Origin: an uncultured delta proteobacterium
Lineage (GTDB): Bacteria > Myxococcota_A > Polyangia > Haliangiales > Haliangiaceae
DNA: 64,000 nt
Assembly: GCA_963848295.1 (NCBI GenBank)
Contig: CAWKDB010000002.1
Location: forward strand, 608,001 to 672,000
Direction: 5' to 3'
A program made the position numbers and the translations under genes. The notes beneath the pieces are model-generated. The model saw only the letters and a program-made list of their open reading frames with translations. It was not told the DNA's origin and did not search any database. Positions 56,973-64,000 of the stretch are shown one piece after another; within the stretch, counting starts at the first letter, position 1, and each line of letters starts with the position of its first letter.

Positions 56973-57228
56973 CGGATAAGCTGTATCCATCGGCGATCCC
57001 GGTGCGGCAGCGCGGTGTGGCCGTCAGCGAGGCGGATCGCTGGGCGCTCGTCGCATACGTGTTGTCGATGTCGCCTCCCGAGCGGCCCGTGCTCCATGCA
57101 CGCGACTTCGCCGCCGATCGCGCGCATCGGTCCGGACGGGCGCGTGCGCCCGTGACGCGACAGGACGATGCCAGAGGCCGAGCACGCGAGACGAGAGCTA
57201 CGGGTGTGTCGTCCGCCGATCAGCTCGT

Positions 57229-57962
57229 TCAGTAGCCCGTAAACTCCTGCGTCCGGATGTCGTCATCATCGACTCCGGTCGCGTTAAGCATCGCGTGCAG
57301 CCCCTTCACCATCCCGGGCGGCCCGGCGATGTAATAGATCGGCGATGCGGCGTCCTTGAGGTGACGAGAGAGGAGCTGCTAATCGATCAGCCCGGTCTCT
57401 CCCGTCCACGGCCGATGCGAGCTGGCCATGTCGGTCATCGTCGCGACCAACTTGTAGTTCGAATTCGTCTGCTGCAGCGCGACGAGCTCGTCGAGGAACG
57501 CCGCATCTTCCGGTCGCCGATTCGAATAGAACACGAAGATGTGATGCGGGAGCTTTTGCCGTGCGGCGTGGACGAGGATGCTTCGAAACGGCGTGATCCC
57601 GATGCCTCCCGAAAGGATCACCGCGGCCCGCGCGAATTGTTGTGAGCGCCAAGTGGGCGAACGGACCTCGATCGTCACTGTGGTGCCGAGCGCCAAGGTC
57701 TTCAGCACGCGTTTGAAAGCAGTGTCACGCATGCGGGTCGTGATCATCAGCGTCGCCTCTTCAGGAGCGCTCGAATCGAGAACCCTCGCTTGTCACCCTC
57801 GGCGTCGGTTTCCGGGGGCGACAGGAGGCTGATATCGATGAACTGACCAGCCTTGAAGGTCCAGCCGGATGGCTTCGAACTGAAAGGCCATCGTCGCTCG
57901 GCGACTTCCTCTCGGCCGATCAACGTGGAGTGAAACATCGGCCAACTTGCGGTGACTGCCAT
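57229..57962 (-). pseudogene. FAD/NAD(P)-binding ferredoxin-reductase-type oxidoreductase; frameshifted
   Basis: FKAGQF, GGIGITPF.S, YSNR, YYIAGPP, C-terminal EFTGY. Confidence 0.8.
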
Positions 57963-58001
57963 GGTTCCCTGCTTTCCATCACATCGAGTGGATCATCGTG
58001 G

Positions 58002-59086
58002 TCATCGGCTCGATTTCAAGGCCGCGCTCTTGTCCGCGATCCGCTGGAGCAACTCGTTCCACGACTTCACGAACGACTTCGCGCCATCGATCTGGAGCTG
58101 CTTCGCGACCGCATCGATATCGATGCCCTCCTTGGCGAATCGCGCGAGGACCGCTTCCGCGTCGCCGCCGTCGGCGGCCAGTACACCCGAGACGTTGCCG
58201 TGGTCGGCAAACGCTGCGAGCGTCTTCTCGGGGATCGTGTTGATCGTGTCTGGAGCCGCGAGTGCTTCGACATAGAGCGTATCGGAGGCGTGCGGATTTT
58301 TCGTCCCGGTGCTCGCCCACAGCAAGCGTTGTGGACGAGCGCCCGCCGCCGCGAGCTTGGTCCACCGCGGCGATCCGAGCAGCTCGCGATACGCGCGGTA
58401 CGTACGCTTCGCGATCGCGATGCCGAGCTGATTGCGGAGCTTGGGCGGCACCTTGTCGCTCACGGCCTTGTCCCACCGGCTGACGAACAGCGACGCCACC
58501 GAGCTCACCCGCGGATCGCGTCCCGCGGCGATCCGACGCTCGATCGCGCGCAGATAAGCCTCGGCGGCCGCGACGTAGTGTTCCCGCGAGAACAGGAGCG
58601 TGACGTTGATCGGTACGCCGGCAAAGATCGATTCCTCGATCGCAGGAACGCCCTCGGGTGTCCCGGGAATCTTGACGAACAGGTTGCTCCGGTCGGCCTG
58701 TCGATGGATCTGTGCGCGGCCGCGACCGAGCCTGCGGTATCGGCCGGCAACCGCGGTGAGATCTCCATGGAGATCCAGCCATCGACACCCTCAGTGGCAT
58801 CGAAGACCGGCCGGAATAGATCCGCCGCCCGGCGGAGATCCTCGAGTGCGAGCTCGATGAACAACGCCTCGCCCGATCGACCGGCCTTGGCCTTGTCACG
58901 GATGCCGGCGTCGTACGCGGTTGTCTTGCCTATCGCCTCGTCGAAGATCGTTGGATTCGAGGTCAGGCCGGTGACCGAGTACTCCGCGATGTAGCGGCAC
59001 ATCGTGCCGTTATCGAGAAGATCGCGGGTGATGTTGTCGAGCCACACACTCTGGCCGAGCGCGCGAAGCTTGCTGGTCTTGTTCAT
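58002..59086 (-). pseudogene. tal: Transaldolase; frameshifted
   Basis: GQSVWLDNI, GLTSNPTIF, VKIPGT, NVTLLFS, SVASLFVSRWD, QRLLWASTGTKNP. Confidence 0.88.
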
Positions 59087-59271
59087 GTTCGAAGCTCCGT
59101 ACCGTCACCATGGTCGACTCGTGAACCGGCGCCCACCTTGGGAGCACCATCTCTCGCCGGGAGTCGACCGTCGACGACGAGGAACCTAGCGCGCCGCCCT
59201 CGTTCTCCCAGCGGCGAATTGCACGCGTCTCCAGATCATTGCGGCAGGCCGGTCGTCGCGCTTCGCTTCGA

Positions 59272-60269
59272 TCATGCTCGATCAGGTTGCAGCGCATGTG
59301 CCAGAGCGACCGGGCCCAGGTAGCCGCGCTCGACGAGTCGGGCGAGTAGCAGATGATAGTAGAGCATTCCACGCTGCGGGCCGAGTGCATCGAGCACGTG
59401 GTCGACATCCACCCCACCGACGAGCTCGAGATTACGAACAACGCTGGAATCGTTCATCGGAAAGACATCGAGCCGACCGAGTCCACGTAGCAGGATCACG
59501 GTGGCGGTCCACGGACCGATTCCTTTGATCCGGCAGAGCAACGCCACGGCGTCCGGGCTCGGCAGCGCTTCCAGCATCGCTTCATCGAGCGTGCCGGTCA
59601 GCAAGGCCTCGGCCACTCGGCGGAGCGCCGCCAGCTTGTTCGCGCTCAAACCGGTTGCGCTCGACACGACATCGTTCGCGCCTTGTAGGCTCTCGGCCGT
59701 CGGGAACATATGGAGTTTCAACGCGCCACACTCGATCGGCACTCCGAGCGCCTCGACGAGATGTCGCGAGATCGAGCTGGCCGCGCTGAGACTTACCTGC
59801 TGAAACACGATCGCGTTGACGCAGGCCTCCCACAGCGTCGGATAGCGTGGCGGCTTGACGCCGAGCATGCGCCGGGCCAGCGGTCGTAACCATCGGACAC
59901 CGCGGAGCGCGCGGTAGAAGTGCGAGAGCTCGCGATCGACTCCCAGAATCCGGCGCAAGACGGCAAGCTCTCGGAGGCGACCGTCAGCGCGGTTCTCGCG
60001 GCCGTCGAACTCACCCGTAGTGCGTCGGCTCGGTCCTGGGTCACGTGCGCGATCACCGGTGCACCCGCCCCGCCGAGCGCGCGGATGTACTGACCTTCTG
60101 CGGTGAGCACGTCCACGATATTCGTCGGGAGCCTTCGGAGCGCGCTCACCGTCAGGTCGAGCCGATAGGGCGCGACCACCGCGATATCGTACGCGCTCGA
60201 GCTCGGTGGCAACGATCGCGGACGTTGGCGATGGGGTGTGGCTCGTCGCGAAGGATTCACGTTTCTCAC
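59272..60269 (-). pseudogene. AlkA-like DNA-3-methyladenine glycosylase; frameshifted, ends approximate
   Basis: I.FQQVS, FPT, L..IKGIGPWTA (HhH), DVFP..D. Confidence 0.8.
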
Positions 60270-60384
60270 GGGTCTCGTCGTTGTAGGGTTTCACGAACCG
60301 CCGATCGCCACCGGTCCGAAGGGCACGCGCACATTCCTGCCACAGCGAGCGTCATCGCACGATCGCAGGCGAACGCAACGCCGT

Positions 60385-60752
60385 TCAAACCAGCGGGCGT
60401 TGCTTCACGTCAGACGGGATTTGCCGTTCGTCGAGCCTCGCTTGCTTGTCGTGCTCGAGGCTGAGTCGTGCGAGGGCGAGCGCACCGAGGAACAGGCCGA
60501 AATCGCGGAGCGCGACGTCGAGGTAGCCCCTGACCATGATGAGATTCACCATGATTCCAACGAGCCACGCTGCAACGACGTAGGCGCCCACGCGTGGCCG
60601 TACGAGGACGATGATCGAGCGATGATCCCGACGACTCCGACGACACCCATGAATGCGTGGCCGCTGATCGGAAGTGCGGCGACGACGTTGGGTGCGAGGT
60701 ATTTGTCCCAGTTCGTCAGCACGTGGAAGAACTTGTCGATGCCGGCGACCAA
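60385..60752 (-). pseudogene. DoxX-like membrane protein fragment; frameshifted
   Basis: AGIDKF...L.NW..YLAP, Y.D.ALRDFGL. Confidence 0.65.
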
Positions 60753-60990
60753 GGGGCGACGACGAACCCCAGGTGAAGAATGTCGTAGGCCTCGTGCGCG
60801 TGACGGGTCAGCTTGACGTTGCTTCGTGCGCTAGCCGCCGCTTGCTCGGCTCCAGAGTAAGGCAGATTGATGCTCGCCATGGTTCGCTCCTTGGGGACGC
60901 TAGTCGGAGTTCGTGCATCACCAGAGCCAGGCGATTGTCGCCGACGCCGACGACGAGCTCACGGTACGCGTGGTGCACCGAATCCACTCG

Positions 60991-61263
60991 ATGACGACGT
61001 TCAAGGTTGGAGATCGAGTGAGCTGGAGCTCGGAAGCCGGCCGCGCTACCGGAGTCATTCGCAAGAAGATCAGCTCGCCGACGAAGTTCAAGAGCTACAC
61101 GGTCCGAGCATCCGCCGCAGAGCCGCAGTACCTGATCGAGAGCGAGAAGACCGACCATCTCGCGGTTCACAAAGCAAAGGCCCTGCACAAGTTGCGTCCA
61201 CGTACGCAGAAGGTGCAGCGCGCGCGTTCGAAGCCGAGCCGGCGCGGTCACGGCACAAGATGA
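60991..61263 (+). CDS. DUF2945 / Hva1 Tudor-like protein
   Basis: FKVGD.VSW.S..G...G, AS..EPQY.IES.KT...AVHK..AL. Confidence 0.85.
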   Translation: MTTFKVGDRVSWSSEAGRATGVIRKKISSPTKFKSYTVRASAAEPQYLIESEKTDHLAVHKAKALHKLRPRTQKVQRARSKPSRRGHGTR

Positions 61264-61302
61264 GTCTCTATTACCCGATGCGGATCGCAGCGCGCCTGCT
61301 CG

Positions 61303-61695
61303 TCAGGGCGGCGAAGCCTTGTCTTTCCAGCCGAACGTGAGCAGGAACGCGCTGTCCTCGACCGCTTCGACGTCGTGTTCGATCCCTCGGTCGAGCACGA
61401 GAAGTCGCCCCATGGGCAGATCGACGATCCGATCCTCGCGCTGTCGCGCGAGCCGCGGCAACTGCAAGCGCACGTGCCCCGCGAGGGTCTGGATCGACAC
61501 TGTCTCGTTCGCGATGTGCTGCGCGATGTGGGCGCCGGCCTTCATGGCGATCAGCACCACGCGCATGTCGTGCTCTCGCACCAGCGTTCGCCCCGTATGG
61601 CCTTCACGGAGATAGGCATCCTCGCTTCGCATCTCCCGAACGATCGTCGCGAAGTCGAAGGTCGTCCCGAATTCTGGAGACTCTGGTTTCGCCAT
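61303..61695 (-). CDS. Cupin-fold protein
   Basis: RTLV...D.RVVL.A..AG....H, HDVEA.E.SAFLLT; paralog of 63634-63996. Confidence 0.85.
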   Translation of the reverse strand: MAKPESPEFGTTFDFATIVREMRSEDAYLREGHTGRTLVREHDMRVVLIAMKAGAHIAQHIANETVSIQTLAGHVRLQLPRLARQREDRIVDLPMGRLLVLDRGIEHDVEAVEDSAFLLTFGWKDKASPP

Positions 61696-61854
61696 CGACG
61701 AGCCTAGTGCACGATCGAGACCGAACGCCGCACGCGCCTCCCGAGCCGCTGTTCACGGCCGCGTCCAGCATAGTCCGGTCATGAGCGAGCGCAGCGGCGT
61801 GCCCTCGGGCGTCCCGAGTGAGGTGTCTCCGGAGACCGTCCGCGCGTATCGGGC

Positions 61855-62022
61855 GCTGCTGATCTTCTACCGCTACACGTTCTTCACGATGAGCCCATCC
61901 GACCTCGCCCCGCCGCACTCGCCGGCGCTCGAGCAGATCCTGCCGTTCGTGCGCGGCTTCACGTGGATGTGGTGGGCGACCGCGACGTGGTGGATCCCGA
62001 TGCTGCTGATCCTCGTCGTGCA
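61855..62022 (+). pseudogene. Internal fragment of a second TDT/SLAC1 transporter
   Basis: LIFYRYTFF...PSDLAPP and WATATWWIPML match the gene at 52339-53439. Confidence 0.75.
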
Positions 62023-62045
62023 GCACACCAATGATGAACGTCGTC

Positions 62046-62606
62046 TCACGACGCGCCGAAGCCGTCGTTCTTCGCGAGCCAGCGGACGATATCCATCGTG
62101 GACACGATCCCGATGAGCCGACCATCATCGTCGACGATCGGAGTGTGATGCACGTCCTCGCTCGCCATCAGCGCGGCCGCATGGGCGACGGTGGCGCGCT
62201 GCCCGAGCGTGATGGCGAGAGGCATCATCAGCTCGTTGGCAGTCTTTGTTCTGAGATCGTTGGAGGTCGGGCTCTCCGCCTGCTCCAGATCGTTCTCGAG
62301 TAGCTGTTCGACGAGATCGAGCTTCGTGATCATGCCGATCGGACGCCCCGGCTCCTCCACGACGGGAACGCAGCCGATGTGCTCCCGTACCATGAGCTCC
62401 GCGATCAGCGCCGCAGACAGATCGCGGCTCGCGCACGTGACGTTGCGAGTCATGATCTCCGTGACGGGAATCAGGTCGGCGATCGTCCGAACGGATGCGA
62501 GGTCGGGATCGGGTTTGGCGCAGGAGAGAAACCGGTCGGTGTGTGCCCCGCCCATCCGGAAGATGCGCAGGTTCAGCTGGCTGTCGGCTGCCATCGTCTT
62601 CGTCAT
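62046..62606 (-). CDS. CBS-domain protein; start uncertain
   Basis: V.EIMT, PVV...G.PIGMIT..DL, G.LIGIVS.MDI. Confidence 0.85.
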   Translation of the reverse strand: MTKTMAADSQLNLRIFRMGGAHTDRFLSCAKPDPDLASVRTIADLIPVTEIMTRNVTCASRDLSAALIAELMVREHIGCVPVVEEPGRPIGMITKLDLVEQLLENDLEQAESPTSNDLRTKTANELMMPLAITLGQRATVAHAAALMASEDVHHTPIVDDDGRLIGIVSTMDIVRWLAKNDGFGAS

Positions 62607-62763
62607 GACGATCAGCTCAGCAAGGTTCGCGCCCGAACCAACAGGCGTGCCCCCCAGGCAACGCGCAGAAGTTTCGCCGCGGAGCGACGGCAGCGCAGCC
62701 GATTCGCGGTTCCTCCAGAGACGTCCGGCGGCATCTGGCGCGTCGGCTGCAAGTCCATCTAGC

Positions 62764-63168
62764 GTGAACCCACAACAAGCTCTCGAGGATGTCCTCGCCC
62801 AACACGCCGAGCTGCGCGAGCTAACGGATCGTTGCGATGTGCTCGCCGACGAGCTGGACGCCGGGCAGATCGAACCCGACGCTGTGCTGCGCGAGGTCGT
62901 ACGTCTACGCCTTCGATTCGAGGCGCAACGCCGGTTTGAGGAGCTGGTTCTGCACCCGATGCTTCGCGAAGCAGGCCTGTTTCGCGCGATTCCCGTGGCG
63001 AGTGTCTCTTGGCGCAAGCCGCTTCCGCAGCTTGCGCTCGCTTCGGACGTCACGGTCGAGCTTCGACTCACGCTCGACGCGCTGCGTACCGGTCTCGACG
63101 CGGAAGATCGGCCTTATCGGTCGTTGCGTGTCCTTCAGTACACCACCGAGCTGGGCGGGCCGCGATGA
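62764..63168 (+). CDS. Hemerythrin/HHE-like helical protein (possibly degenerate)
   Basis: QH.ELR, FEE.VL.P.L, EDR motifs. Confidence 0.5.
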   Translation: MNPQQALEDVLAQHAELRELTDRCDVLADELDAGQIEPDAVLREVVRLRLRFEAQRRFEELVLHPMLREAGLFRAIPVASVSWRKPLPQLALASDVTVELRLTLDALRTGLDAEDRPYRSLRVLQYTTELGGPR

Positions 63169-63214
63169 TGTCGTTCGCGGTGGCGAGCAAGCTGTGCCGC
63201 AGCGCGTGCTGCGA

Positions 63215-63637
63215 TCATGAGTCCGCGCGGCGCCTCACCGAAGCGGCGCGCACCCGCTCCGCCGGCACGGCGATCGCCTGCATGAAGTAGAGCTTGAACG
63301 CTTCGGCCCACGGCTGCTCGTCGACCGCACGCGCCATGCACAAGAGCCACGCGTCACGCTCGGCCTCGTCGATCGCAAAGCGTGCGTGGAAGCCGGGGAT
63401 CGAGATGGCTCCGAATCGCGCCCGATATTCGTTGGGGCCACCGAGCCAGGCCACGAGGAAGACCGCGAGCTTGTCGCGGACCTCCGTCAGATCGGTGGCG
63501 TGCATCGCGCGAAGCGCTCGCGCCGCGGGGAGCGTCTCCATGTGCTCGTAGAACCGATGGACGAGGCGGTCGATCCCATCGGCACCACCCGCGGCGCGGT
63601 ACGAAGCGTCGTCAGTTCCGTAGCTTGATGAGGTCAA
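63215..63637 (-). CDS. Group II truncated hemoglobin
   Basis: Y...GG..GI.RLV..FY, FL..WLGGP..Y, H..F.I...ERDAWL.CM. Confidence 0.9.
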   Translation of the reverse strand: MTSSSYGTDDASYRAAGGADGIDRLVHRFYEHMETLPAARALRAMHATDLTEVRDKLAVFLVAWLGGPNEYRARFGAISIPGFHARFAIDEAERDAWLLCMARAVDEQPWAEAFKLYFMQAIAVPAERVRAASVRRRADS

Positions 63638-63996
63638 GCCGCGCCCCGCGCGAGCACGAGAACGAACGCGCTCTCGGCGATGGCCTCGACGTCGTGGGCC
63701 GGGCCGCGCTCGAGTGGCAGGAGATGCCCGGCACCGAGCTCGACCACGCGATCGTTCAACCGGACCCGCAGCTCCCCGTGGAGGACCTGCACCGTCGCCG
63801 TATCGCTGGCGTGGTGCTCGGCGAGCGTGGCGCCGGCCTCCATCGCGATCACCACGACCCGGAGGTCGGGCTCGCGGAGGATCGTGCGCGCGGCGTGTTT
63901 GACCGCTGACGCGATGGCGTCCGCGCGTAGCTCGCGCGCCACCGCGACGAGGTCAATCACGCCACCGGCGTGGGCTGCCTCGGGCTGGGACTTCAC
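63634..63996 (-). CDS. Cupin-fold protein
   Basis: RVVVIAM.AG.....H, HDVEA..ESAF.L. Confidence 0.8.
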   Translation of the reverse strand: MKSQPEAAHAGGVIDLVAVARELRADAIASAVKHAARTILREPDLRVVVIAMEAGATLAEHHASDTATVQVLHGELRVRLNDRVVELGAGHLLPLERGPAHDVEAIAESAFVLVLARGAA

Positions 63997-64000
63997 GCGG

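Overview
High-GC bacterial DNA with a myxobacterial (Myxococcota-like) gene repertoire, inferred from Ser/Thr kinases, FHA proteins, a PP2C phosphatase, a STAND-TPR protein and many lipoproteins. Positions 1-42.5 kb look like chromosomal backbone, including lepA-lepB. From ~42.5 kb there is a probable integrated island. It carries a tyrosine integrase, an N6-adenine methyltransferase with a PD-(D/E)xK nuclease, a molybdopterin/Fe-S/Rieske operon, a quinol-type NO reductase, and a mosaic of O2/NO/stress genes, many frameshifted or fragmentary. The most striking unexplained structure is at 2.2-4.2 kb. Two divergent four-helix-bundle genes (23S-IVP/Avd-like) are each preceded by a homologous ~190-nt long hairpin whose stems covary between the copies, and the unit is interleaved with and flanked by CGGCNN hexamer arrays. 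No rRNA, tRNA, CRISPR array or reverse transcriptase was recognised. All family calls come from motif recognition by eye, not database searches.
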